From assembly GCA_951406725.2 (NCBI GenBank), contig OX597824.1, forward strand, positions 38,006,001 through 38,070,000: 64,000 nucleotides of DNA, read 5' to 3'. Positions 14,371 through 26,926 of the stretch are shown in pieces. The position numbers and the translations under genes are program-made. Within the stretch, counting starts at the first letter, position 1, and each line of letters starts with the position of its first letter. This stretch comes from Octopus vulgaris (taxonomy: Eukaryota). The notes below the pieces were generated by a model. It was given only the letters and a program-made list of their open reading frames with translations, was not told where the DNA came from and made no database searches.

Positions 14371-14633
14371 TTATGTGTCTGTGTTTGCCCCACCAACATC
14401 GCTTGACAACCGATGGTGGTGTGTTTACGTCCCCGTAACTTAGCGGTTTGGCAAAAATGACCGATAGAATAAGTCCTGGGGTCGATTTGCTTGACTAATG
14501 GCGGTGCTCCAACATGGCCACAGTCACATGACTGACACAAGTAAAAAAGAATTTGAATGGCTCTAAGGATCCACCTGAGTAAAATAGGAATCAAAGGAAT
14601 CCATAGGTGAAAAAAAATGGCTGAGAACCACTG
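13965..14633. mobile_element. hAT/Charlie-like MITE interrupted by a SINE
   Basis: Termini tagtggttcacaacc ... ggctgagaaccactg resemble cagtggttctcaacc-type TIRs. Confidence 0.55.
14143..14550 (+). mobile_element. tRNA-derived SINE, family A
   Basis: Full-length copy with pol III-like head, central (TA)n and tail gactgacacaagtaaaaaaga. Confidence 0.9.
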
Positions 14634-16288
14634 CTCTAAGTAGTTGGAAACTAGGTGTGGCTATAAGAATGACTGAATACTCTAAGCAGTAGGAATTAGT
14701 ATTTAACTAATGAATAACTGTGTTAGCATGCCGTTCAGATTCTTTTAGAAACACAAAATATGATTTGCCAGGATATAGGTTTTTTGATAGCTAGGTTATC
14801 AGATTCACTACAATGACAAGCAGTCAGCTGATGAGACTATCATTAATATTTTCAAATGTCAAGGATATTTTGACTTAGTGCTTCTCCTATACACACAAGC
14901 CAAAAAATGTCTTAGACATATTTTACACCTTCTCTTATATCGAGTGCAATTATCTTGTCTCTCTGTGAAAGACTTGTCACAATCACCTGAATATTCTTCA
15001 AACTAGCAAAAGGAAAGAAATACCTTAAGTTGTATTTCTAATCACTGCTCTAACTGAACAGTAATGTTTTTCTCTGAACATCATTAGTAACATCTGTGTT
15101 CTACTTATTTCATATGGTTGAAATGTTATTACAAGATACCCTTTCTAGAGACTACTGTAAAAGTGCAATGGGTCTATTCATTGTAGGACTGACAGGAGAA
15201 ATCTTGCAGAACCAATGACCTCACTGCATTGGCAGTGTCTTATCAATAAAGGCTGTGACCTGATAAGAATAAAAAGCTGTTTGGTCTGTACACTGGGTTG
15301 TGTTGTGTGGCAAATTTTTTTAGGTGTTACAGGAAGCATTATCCTGAGACTCCAATTAACCAGGTTAGCTCTTAACATAAATGTTACTATAATGAAAGAA
15401 ATTCATTTGAATTTTTGTCACTCTTAAGAATGGTGCGGAAAATTATTGTTGTGGGTAAGGCAAATTAACCTTGGAAATAATTTTACAATAAAAATAAAAA
15501 TTATATTTTATAATTTAGAGACAAGTAGCATGTATTCAGCTCCCATGCCAATGCTTTCTCTCTCTGAGCAAACTATCTTGGTCAGTAGATGATCTTTCTG
15601 TGTTGGTTTTGCTCACGTCTTTGTATTCTCTGGTTGTGTGTCCTGACTTGGTCTGTTCACTGCATCTGTTTATCTAGCCTGTCTTCATATTATTATAATC
15701 AAATAGGTCAAGCTCCTAATAGAGATGTTCAGGAATTAGTGTCTGAGTTATCGTTTCTCTTTTTTTTAAAAATTGTATCGACCAAAATAGCTACCATCTG
15801 TTAAGTGTCACTTTATTTTTGGTATATTCTGTCAGTGTGAGATTATATTTTTCTTATGTATCACTCACCAGAGAAGAGAGATGCCAAATATTCTTTCTTA
15901 CTTCATAATGTACAATTTTTACCTCGCCCTCAACTGTTGGTATATTTGTTTTTATAGCTGGCTGAACTCTAAAATGCTAATCACTTTACCATGAAATGAG
16001 TGTGGTTCCTGTTGTTAGCTCAGTTAAATATTGCAAGTATATGCTTTCTGGTTGCAATGGACTCTGAACTGAAAAATTGACAAATTTTAGATGAAATATG
16101 AAAAAATGCATAAAACTTATTGTTGTCTTCATTTTGCTTGAAAACTATCTCAAAGGACCAAGGCTATCATAAACATGCATTTAGGCCGATAAGACATTTT
16201 ACTTCTAAATCTTAAGTGCCCAGGCATGATATCTACCACTCATTGAAGTGAGAGCTTTTTTGCTCGGCCCTAATAAGCAAAAAGTATA

Positions 16289-16330
<42 letters not shown>

Positions 16331-16334
<4 letters not shown>

Positions 16335-16520
16335 AGATGTTACGAAAAAAACAAAATACGAAGACAGGTGGTGTACAAAACAAACAGATGTATTAGTATA
16401 ACACTCAGGAATAGAAAAAGTCTTTTACATTTCGAGCCTATGCTCTTCTACAGAAAGGGACACAGAAAAAATAAGAAGAGAATAAAAATGTGTGTAGTGG
16501 CTAACGATCTATCATGGCGA
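16331..16520 (-). mobile_element. Short Penelope-pLTR-like repeat with a hammerhead-like motif, inserted in (TA)n
   Basis: Minus strand 16457-16422 reads cttt-CTGTAGA-A-gagc-atag-gctc-GAAA-tgta-aaag. Confidence 0.5.
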
Positions 16521-16799
16521 CTATATATATACATACATACACACACACACACATGTGCCAACTAAATATTCAATGCCAGACCTGTTGCTTCTTCTAGAGA
16601 CCTCAGAGGCATGCCTCAACTGAGTCATAATACAGTCTCCTTCAATAATACCAAGACATGGTTTGTATCACAAATAAAGAAAATGGTCCTGTATCACATA
16701 TCTCTAAACCCGAACAATACAATTAAGCAGTAGCTACAGATACTAAGCTCCTCATCTGTTGAACTCATAGTGACCTTATGACATGTGATAATAATATTG

Positions 16800-16916
16800 C
16801 CTGCTGTGTGGCAAGAAGCTTGCTTCTCAACCTCATGGTTCTGGGTTCAGTCCCAGTACCTGGTACCTTGGGCCTTGCATGGCTTTGGTAGACAGAAACT
16901 GAAAGAAGCCTGTATG

Positions 16917-16960
<44 letters not shown>

Positions 16961-17175
16961 GTCTACATGTGTGTGTGTCTGTTTTGCCCCCTACTTTGGC
17001 TTGACAACTGATGTTGTGTTTACATCTCTGTAACTTAGCAGTTTGGCAAAAAGGATTGATAGAATAAGAAACCAGGCTTTAAAGAAAAAAAGTATTGGGG
17101 TCAATTCATTCAACTAAAAATTCTTCAAGGCAGTGCCCCAGTATGGCTGCAGTCTAATGATGAAACAAAAGATAA
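16800..17175 (+). mobile_element. SINE family A, diverged copy
   Basis: Same head, central (TA)n and tail as 14143. Confidence 0.8.
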
Positions 17176-17522
17176 AACTGCCATCCAAATACTAAGCTTC
17201 TCTGTAACTGGAAAACGCTTCATACAATTGCTTGAGAAATATATTACACTCATGACCTTGAGACGTTTGACTGCATCTAAAAATAAAAAAAATGAAAAAA
17301 GGTTCACAAACCAAAACATTTCACTCGCTGCCTAACATGACTGTTCAGGGAAGGGGTAGGGTTATTTCTCCCCACCCACACTGTCATATTGATTGGCACT
17401 TAATTTTTTTGGAGCTTCACCTTTCACTAGATATAACACCATCGTCATCATATTTTTCCATGTAAATGAACTTATTGTTTCTAGATTTATCTAAGGTACC
17501 TCATGTACATAAAGGCAGTTGA

Positions 17523-17567
<45 letters not shown>

Positions 17568-17570
<3 letters not shown>

Positions 17571-17974
17571 CACAGGAGTGGCTGTGTGGTAAGTAGCTTG
17601 CTAACCAACCACATGGTTCCGGGTTCAGTCCCACTGCGTGGCATCTTGGGCAAGTGTCTTCTGCTATAGCCCTGGGCCAATGCCTTGTGAGTGGATTTGG
17701 TAGACGGAAACTGAAAGAAGCCCGTCGTATATATGTATGTATGTATGTATGTATGTGTGTGTGTGTGTGTGTGTTTGTGTGTCTGTGTTTGTCCCCCTAG
17801 CATTGCTTGACAACTGATGCTGGTGTGTTTATGTCCCCGTCTCTTAGCGGTTCGGCAAAAGAGACCGATAGAATAAGTACTGGGCTTACAAAGAATAAGT
17901 CCCGGGGTCGATTTGCTCGACTAAAGGCGGTGCTCCAGCATGGCTGCAGTCAAATAACTGAAACATGTAAAAGA

Positions 17975-17977
<3 letters not shown>
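17568..17977 (+). mobile_element. tRNA-derived SINE, family A (young, between (TA)n tracts)
   Basis: Full length, CpGs retained, near-identical to 14143-14550. Confidence 0.9.
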
Positions 17978-18040
<63 letters not shown>

Positions 18041-18278
18041 TCCATAGGCTGAAACAGCTGTAAGAGTGATTTTAATGATTCCAATAATTTATATTAAGGT
18101 CTTTATAATTGTATTCGTATCTTATATGTAGTGAATTTTAATGTATATATGTATGTTATTACAGTTCTCGTTTGGTTAGATAAATAAGTCAACATTGTAA
18201 TATCCTAAAGCTGATAAACCAGCTAAATTGTTTCTCCATTTTCTTATTTGTATTATAAATCAATGGTAAAATATTTCT

Positions 18279-18366
18279 TTACCTTCACCCATTTAATACA
18301 ATAAGTAAGTTTTGCAATTAAATTACCTTCACCCATTTAATACAATAAGTAAGCTTTGCAATTAAA
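18279..18366. repeat. 44-bp tandem duplication
   Basis: ttaccttcacccatttaatacaataagtaag(t/c)tttgcaattaaa twice, one mismatch. Confidence 0.9.
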
Positions 18367-18471
18367 AACAGTTGTGTATTATACCAACAGTACATTAGAT
18401 AAGTATTATCCCTTAGTGGGTTGGATCCACAACCCCTAACTTACTATATGTATGTATATATATATGTGTGG

Positions 18472-18515
<44 letters not shown>

Positions 18516-19428
18516 TATACTTTTTGCTTATTAGGGCTAGCAAAAAAAGCTCTCAGTTCAATGAGTGGTAGATATCATTAAATGACCATGGGAATTATGC
18601 ATAAGATGCTTCAGCATGTCATGTCTATTCAGTTACTGCATTGTCAGAGCAGAAAACTTGACATAGCACACACATAACTCTGTGTTCGTTAAGATATATA
18701 ATGTAATGTAAAATTATATATTTACTCTTTCAACTATTGGTCTGTGGTCATGCTGGAGCACTGTTATGTTGAGATATGTAAATCAACACAGTACATATTT
18801 TGAGTCTGGTACTTATCCTTGTATTTTCCCCTCTAAATGGCTAATCAAGCGTGTCTCAGTTGTCAAGCAGTGAATACACACACACATACATATACCGATG
18901 TGTATACATGTATATACGTGTGTGTGTGTGTGTGTGTATTTGTGTGTGTCATTTTGGTAAGGATTTTATAGCTGAATGCCCTTCCTGATGCCAGTTACGT
19001 TACAGTGTGTACCTGGTGCATTTTATTGTGGTATTGACATTGGAGAGATTGCCTACTAACTCACAAAACTAGAGAGCCCTCACAACTCTGGGAGTTGGGT
19101 GGAGTAGAGTAGAAGGGAGGCTGATGGCATCAGCTGAGCTAAAGTGAAAGTGTATGATGGAATGAGAGGAATAGACATGGTTGTGAAAGGGTGGCAGAAG
19201 GTAAGAGAAGACCATTCTAATGGTGGTGGGGAGTCATGGAAAGGAAATAATACCAGGAGAGAATATGATAAGGATGGGTGGGGAGTGGTATCTCACCTAT
19301 TGGATAATAGGAGCAGCTAGAAATGATATGAGTGGTAGTGGTGAAGTCATCATGAGGTGGGTGCATCCAACACCAAAATAAGGATCTAGACTTTTCTGTT
19401 TAACACAAGGGCCCCAGGTGAGATACCT

Positions 19429-19660
19429 ATTTCTTTATTACCCATAAGGGGCTAAACATAGAGGGGACAAACAAGGACAGACATAGGTATTAAGTCGATT
19501 ACATCGACCCCAGTGCGTAACTGGTTATTAATTTATCGACCCCGAAAGGATGAAAGGCAAAGTTGACCTAGGTGGAATTTGAACTCAGAGCGTAGCGGCA
19601 GACGAAATACTGCTAAGCATTTCGCCCGGCGTGCTAACGTTTCTGCCAGCTCGTCGCCTT
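19429..19660 (-). mobile_element. SINE family B with 16-bp target-site duplication
   Basis: TSD cccaggtga(g/a)atacct at 19413-19428 and 19661-19676. Confidence 0.9.
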
Positions 19661-21037
19661 CCCAGGTGAAATACCTGTATTTAATTTTATTCTTTCTGGT
19701 CTTTGAATTTCACCAGAATTCTGAACTAAGCTTTCATTCCTCAAGGATTGAAAAATATGCATACTTAGTAGCTGTTGTCTAAGAGTGTAGGTAGTTTGTG
19801 ACCACCACCAAAGAAGTTAAATTGATATTCTATCATTGTTTCTGCTTTATGTTCATAGTTAAGACATCCAACTTTTACTGGCAAAATTCACTGTAACCGC
19901 TGAGTTGAGGTGTATTTTATTAGCTGTTAGTACTTAACTTAAACCCCTTTGTTGGCCAGGAGTAGGCAAAGTATATTTACTGTCTTGAATAACTTCTTCA
20001 AGATATGGTTTTCAGTGGTACCTCAAGGAGTTTATGGAATTGACCCATCCTAGAGAGTATTTATCATTTAGGGTGATAGTAAAGATGCTGGAATATTATT
20101 TGCTGGATGTTTCTGATAAACAAAACATTTGGAAAATTATTAATGTAGAGAGTGTGGGGTGGGTCTGGAAAAAGTCCAAGCAGCTCAAACTGAGGCATTT
20201 GAAGTGGACTGCCAAGTTGAATAAATACATCTTAATGAAAATAAAATTGGATGAAAACACTTTAATCAGAATTTCAAAGTAATCAAAACAAATTTGATAG
20301 GTTCACTTAATGGAGTAGACTTTTCATCAAAAATGTTATGTTCCACTCAGGATAGTCCAGTCTTCTTGTTTTTTTTTCTTGAAAATTATTGTATCTACTA
20401 TAACCTTATCCAACATGTCCAGCCCTTCTTATAGGGTTTGATTTAAGGGAGATTTGACTGCTATTTCTAGCAGATCGTTTGAGATTTGGCTAAACTCCTG
20501 GGCACTAATTCTGTGACCTAATGGGAAGAATTTTCATTTATCTCACTGATAGCTTTCAGAAATGTTTGAACATTATAACTCTTGTGTCATACTATCTTTT
20601 GAAGTAAAAGGATCACCCTTTGGGTCTTGGACTTAGGCATAAGATTAACAATTAGTCATAATCCATGTATTAATGGGGAGAATCACCTACATGTTAATCA
20701 CATGAAAACTAATGTTTCAACTTTAAATATTATTGTATGCAAACACTCTTTTATTTATAAGTTGGTGGAACCAAAGTTTTGACAGATGGCGTGGTTGACC
20801 TAAGGTCAAATATCAACATGCATCTTTTTGTAATTTTTTGGCTTAGTATTCTGTGATTTGAAGCTAGAAGTAATCCACAGAGATTACTGAGAGACTATCA
20901 TTTTTCCTGTGCCTTTAACATTAGAATTCCCTAAAAATATTTCGCAGAAAGTTAACAAAAACATAAGGCTGGGTAGAAATTAAAATTTGAAAAGCTGTAT
21001 GTTTATTTAATTATTTATCTATTGCTAAATTAATAAT

Positions 21038-21266
21038 GAATGGTTGTATACTGTCAATCTAACAAGAACGTGACAGTAGGGGGTACACCACCGCTGTATA
21101 GCCCTAGGAAGCATCGAACGCCTCCTGATAGTTCGATGCTTCCTAGGGCTATACAGCGGTGGTGTACCCCTACTGTCACGTTCTTGTTAGATTGACAGTA
21201 TACAACCATTCTATCGCCCCACCACCGTACATGTCTCTACGAGAGATTTAGAAATTCAATATTTCT
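21038..21266. mobile_element. Fold-back insertion: 82/81-bp inverted arms, 11-nt loop, 55-bp tail, 12-bp flanking direct repeat
   Basis: Arms 21038-21119 and 21131-21211 are exact reverse complements except G5 versus C4. taaattaataat occurs at 21026-21037 and 21267-21278. Confidence 0.8.
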
Positions 21267-21399
21267 TAAATTAATAATATTGTTGTTAAAAGCATAGAAA
21301 ACTAAAGAATTTGTTTTGAGGTAAAACAAAAGACAGAGAAAGGAACTCATCCACCTGGAGATTGCCGATTAGTATCTTCGTTATTTACAAAATTTTCTG

Positions 21400-23350
21400 A
21401 TTATAAAATGAAAGAAATACCGATTATTGTTGTAATAGTCTGTGATCAGGGCTGGTCTAATGGTGAAAGTATTGTAGCAGGGAGCAGTTTTCTGTTCCTT
21501 TCCCCAGACGCACTTGAATGCAAAACTTCTTTATCCAATTTGTCCTTCTTTTCTAAGACAATAGTATATAGTTTGAGAGTCAGCTAATATTTCTAAAAGG
21601 GCGAACGATCAGGCAGAAGTTCCTTTCAGGTGTTCTGCAAGCGTGAAGTTTGCCAATATAAAAACATTGTAGGCAACTTTACTGACGGAAAACTATAAAT
21701 ATTTTTTTCAGTTGTATGTTTCTTCCTTTCCCTCCTCGATTATATAGTTGCACTGCTCTGTCGTTCCTATATTGTTAACCAATATAGACCTAACACGTTC
21801 GTTGTACTTAAGCGACCGGTTTCTGCAAATAATACAAAAGAAAAGGTCACTTTATCATTTGTTCATATTTCTGTTACTTAGGAAATTAGTGACAACAATT
21901 TTTTTTTTTATGATTCTTACCTAATTTTAGTCGAGTAAAAACAAAAAGAAAAAGTGTTTGGAAGGACGGAGGCCACGTAGCATAAAGGGTAGGCAGGCAT
22001 GCTAGAGGTACTTTAACTTCGGGTAAAAAGAAAGATGCTAGTTCATTAAAACACGTAATTATCGACTCAGCTTTGCATATAGGACCTGAGGTGATTTTTG
22101 TTTTTATTTTAGACATTTAAATTTTTTTTTTTTTGGTTTTTGTTTGTGTAGGGAATGCGCTTTACATGCCGTCAAATAGAGAGGACTTCTAAAAGCCATG
22201 TCACTTCATATATGTTTTGGCAGAGCATTTTTAAAGCATGACGGTCTATCAACGTATTCTACATTTTCCTGTTTCCAAACAGTAATGTCATGTGCCAAAC
22301 AGAATAATTTTTTTGATTTTTGGAGAGAAATCCCCTGACCGGCGGAGTTCACTATTCGGGACCAGTTTCCTGTTGTTGCCCTTCCAGTAAGTTAACTAAT
22401 GAATATCATGCAATCTATAGCGACAACCACCTCATTTCAGTTGGTACCAGCGCTTACCAGAGTTTCGACATCCTAGTTTGGGTTCAAACCCTGCTTAGGT
22501 TGACTTTTTTTTAATCTTTTTTTTTTTACCTTTCATTAGTCGATAGTGTGTGTTAAAGGTGTTTCTGACATACTTTAAACTTATCGATTATTTGACTGCT
22601 TTTTATTTATTTATTTATATTTACATTTATTTATATTTATTGACTGAGTGACTGTTTGTCAGTTCATTTCTAAATTCCCCCTGACTACCTCCTTTAGGTG
22701 GTTGCGCTTCTATGTTGTCGTTCGAGTTAAGAATATCTGTAGCAATTTTTGAACCAGCTGTCGTCTACAAGTTACTGTTTATTTTTGTTATAATGTAAAA
22801 TTATTATTATCATCATCATTATTATTATTGACACTCACTTATCGACAAATAAGTTATGCAATTTCCCCCAACCTTTTCTACAGTCAGGAACCTCTCGGCC
22901 GACTTAATTAGCTTCGACAAAGTCGATGTTGTTTTTGTTATTATTTATAGTATCGTGGTTGCTCTTTTAAAGCAAGTGCAATATAAACACCGGGTTTATA
23001 CTTACAATAATAGTGCAATAACTAGATTACTACCAGGAATCATGTTATAACTGTTGGAAAGGTCACAAAAATGGATATTTTGGGTATGTACGTGTTCAAT
23101 TACTGCACTTTTTCTGTCCATCTTATTTCTTTTAATATTTGTGAAAAAAAAAAGAACGCATTAATTTACAGTTGCCTTTTTTTTTTATTCTCGTTTTATG
23201 TTGCTCTTTCACTATTTGTCTGAATGCGTTTTGTACGTTAATATTTCTAATACATATGCAAGTTTGCTCCTCTAATCGATTCGTTTACGCATGCATATAC
23301 ACACGTGTATGTGCGTATGTGTACGTATATATGATGCACACAGACACACG
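21400..23350 (+). promoter_or_regulatory. CpG-enriched non-repeat patch, candidate internal promoter/5'UTR of the EML gene
   Basis: Visibly more CG dinucleotides than the surrounding intron, no recognised young repeats, and it contains a candidate ATG exon with a splice donor. Confidence 0.5.
23071..23083 (+). CDS. Candidate alternative first coding exon of the EML gene (MDIL+G)
   Basis: caaaaATGGATATTTTGG|gtatgt: strong start context and a phase-1 donor, in frame with exon 48298 (MDILDGLLDQD...). Confidence 0.5.
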
Positions 23351-24875
23351 TGTATGTATGTATGTATGTATGAATGCTATGTTGTACTATGACATATCTG
23401 TGGGGTTTCTTTTAGCCAGTATTGTATGTTATAATGAATGTAAATATTGCGTCAACGAACAACATACTCATGGACAGGGAAAAAAAAAAAAGAAACGTAA
23501 CAGCAATCAACTCTGTTTTGTATCTTGCCAGCGGCTGTGCACCCTCTTTAACTATTCTCTCTTTATAAATCCAATGATGTTAATGACCAGGGGGAACTAG
23601 ATGCTCCAAATTGCATATTTAACCTGTTCCTGTCACTAACCACTTTCCTGAGTATACTGGCTGTATGTTTTTTTTTTTTGTTTTGTTTTGGTGGTCGGGG
23701 AACATTAACACTAGAGGATGAATAAAAGGGACTTCGTAAGTCTAGTAATTCTTTGCTTATTTGCCAACCACTTTACTATGGGTATTAGCTATATTTTGTG
23801 GTACCAGCACGACAGCGTCTCTCTCTTTTCCGCCGGCCACTGTGAGCGTGGAGGAGTTTATCAGCTTTGTTGTAGAACCACAGGAGGGTTGGTGCCTTGC
23901 ACACAGGGCACTGTAAAGACCACTCAGAGCTGAAACATATCGACTTGGGAGGGGAAATAGAGGAGCGAGACCAAAAGTGGGTGAAGCGTGGAATACGGGT
24001 AGAGTAAGAGCCAAGAGAACTCCGTAACCTTGGGTGTGTACAGATGGAATTGGAAAAGAGTCGTTATAGAGGGATCAGGATAGCTGCATGGAAGAAAAGG
24101 GCAGTAGTATGATGTAAGCGGCAAGTTTATATGGGGTGAAATTCAGTGGGAAGTGATTGGCAAAAACAGATGTGGACAAAGTTAAGGGTGAGTGATGGGA
24201 TAAGATAAAGGAATGGCAATAGAAATGACCCTGAGATAGTTGAAAGTGTGATAGCTAGTAGTTAAAAAGGGGGTAAAGGTAATGCCATAGAAATATGGGA
24301 TTATAAAGGTATGAGGATGGTCCAATGCAGTCTCATATACGTTGGCCTACTGAGAAGAGATGATAGCAGACCAATGCAGTCTTCAGTACATTGATAATTG
24401 ATACAGGCCTCATGAAGGAATGGAATGAGAAATGCTGTGATGAAAGGGGTTCAAAGAATGTAAGCTGAGGAGAGGCAAAAACAAGATGTATGCTTAGCAG
24501 AGTACAAACTACCTCCGGTTCTAAACCCACTATCCTTGTGTTAGGGTATGTTTTGCTGGAGGTGATTGGGTCTTCTGTCATCAATTTGGCTATTTGTCAT
24601 CACTGTGGGATGCAACACCTTTAGTTCAGCCTACACCACTTCATCCTATAGTTACATTAGCTTGGTGTTTTCATCACTTCTTTATATGCAATATTCATCA
24701 TCCATATGCATTATATATACCCAAACTAATGCAACCTCCACTCTTCTACTACATTGGCTCCTCTTATGCACAATTTTCTCTTAGCACTTTTGTACTCTGG
24801 TGTTCATGTATACTAACACTACTCAACCATTATAGCATACTTGCTTCATTTCTTACCTTTTCTTTTCAAGATGAA

Positions 24876-24906
<31 letters not shown>

Positions 24907-25374
24907 ACAAGTTAAAGTGCAGAATGAATTTAGAGCGTCTTATCAGTTACAGCTGTTTTGGTATTACTGAATTACTAATGCCATTGCATGTAAATAACTC
25001 CATGTTAAAAGTTATGCAATATATGTAGTTTGTTATTTTCAAGTAGCTCTTCCTCAAACTGGCATCAAGCTGCACTCTCACATTGTGCATTGTATTATAT
25101 ATTGCTTATACAAGGAAGAAACGTGGCAGTCAGTTATCAGCATCAGCATCATCATCATCATACATCTATTTTTTTCATGCTGGCATGGATTGGATGGTTT
25201 GACAGGAGCTGGTTAGGAAGATGAATGCATTAGGCTTCATTGTCTGTTTTGGCAACCACCAGTATAAAATACAAATGAAAATAAAGATGGATAAAAGCAA
25301 GACAATAATTAAAAAAAAAACAATTTAAGTGGAGGAAGAATAATCTGATGGTTAATATCCTCCTCCTCCTCCTC

Positions 25375-25690
25375 ATCATCATTGTTTAATGTCTGTTTTC
25401 CATGCTAGCATGGGTTGGACAGTTCGACTGGGGTCTGGGAACCCTGGAGGCTGCACTAGGCTCCAGTCTGATCTGGCAGTGTTTCTACAGCTGGATGCCC
25501 TTCCTAATGCCAACCACTCTGTGAGTGTAGTGGGTGCTTTTTACATGCCACCGGCACAGGGGCCAGAGGAGGCTGGCAACATCCTTGACCGGTTGGTACT
25601 TTTTACGTGCCACCGGCACGGACATCAGTCAATGCAGCGCTGGCATTGGCCAAGTTCAGATGGTGTTTTTTACGTGCCACCGGCATGGGT
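25375..25690 (-). mobile_element. Retroposon family C
   Basis: Reverse complement of 12215-12625 and 61845-62100. Confidence 0.85.
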
Positions 25691-25714
25691 ATCACAACTT
25701 CTTCACACATCTCT

Positions 25715-26060
25715 CCTCATCCATCCATAGTACATGACCATACCAACGCAAACGTCTCTCATGCACGCCATATCCGATGGTTCTTATGTCCAACATTTCT
25801 CTCAGGGTGCTTACACTCAGTCGTGCATGCACACTGACATTACACATCCAGCAGATCATGCTAGCTTAATTTCTTTCGAGCCTACGCATGTGCTCCACAG
25901 TCATGGCCCATGTTTCACTGCTGTGAAGCATGTCAGTTCACACACATGCGTTGTACAATCTACCTTTCACTCTGAGCGAGGGATCCTTTGTCGCCAGTAG
26001 GGGAAGAAGGATTCTAAACTTTGCCCAGACTATTCTTATTCTAGTGGTAACACTCTCTAC
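25715..26060 (-). mobile_element. RTE-type LINE C-terminal fragment
   Basis: Minus strand reads ...MLRWMCNVSVHARLSVSTLREMLDIRTIGYGVHERRLRWYGHVLWMDE; related to 51598-51882. Confidence 0.8.
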
Positions 26061-26926
26061 TACAATAAATTGAAATTAGGGTATACTACCAGAAATGAGA
26101 CCATTAAGGAACAAACCCCAGAAATAAAAATAATAGCAGTTCTAATGATGGTGGAGGATGGGGCGGGGAGTATGTAATTGATGCCATCTTGAGACCCTGT
26201 GATGGGGATGGGATGTAGTGGAGTTGCAGATGATGGAGAGACCTCATTGGCAATAAAACACAAGTGATAGTTGAGATATTATCATTTGTTATATGGTTGG
26301 AGCCTGAAATCAGATATAGGACAGGAAGGATGGGGGAAGAGAAAATGACTAGACATGCATCATAGTTTTAACTAATGACCCTTGAACTCGGCAATGGGAT
26401 GAGAGAGGTAAAAACACATTTTGTTGGAATGAGTGGGCTAAAAACAAATATATGAAATTTAAGACAGAGCTGAGAATGTTTAAATTTTTATTAAACTTGG
26501 TTAAATATTGGTGTGAAAAATTAGGTAAACAAATAGCTTAACTGTTAGCTATTTAGTAATTTATTTAAAACCACTGTGTTGAAAAGAGAGAGTAAATAAT
26601 GGTACCACCTGCAGGATTGAGAAGAGATGATTTGAGATGTCCTAGTGTGAGGAAATTGGAAATATTTTATGTTAGTCTGAGTACCTCAATGAGTGCCACC
26701 CACTAGTTAATACAAGAAAGTAGATGATGTAATGCAGGGACTCAGTTATGTAACCTGGGATTCCATAGAATGAGAAGCTGGTATCTCTTACAGTCAGATA
26801 AGGGGATAGTTGTTCATAGGCTAATTTTCCTTTTACTTACACAAAACCCATGAGGGCATTGGGGTTTAAAGATGGATAAACAAAAATTTAGGGTAAAAGA
26901 ACAAAAATTTTCTTTCAATTATATAT

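Larger units (their letters stand above)
16226..18578. repeat. Pair of ~65-bp inverted repeats (16226-16290 and 18514-18578), each abutting (TA)n on its inner side
   Basis: atgatatctaccactcattgaagtgagagc...taataagcaaaaagtatacc is the near-exact reverse complement of ggtatactttttgcttatta...gctctcagttcaatgagtggtagatatcat. Confidence 0.9.

Noticed and set aside
23718-24014. Overlapping ORFs and a gctGAAAC motif downstream of the CpG patch
   Set aside because: No recognisable protein motif or convincing splice sites, and the hammerhead core and stems could not be reconstructed.
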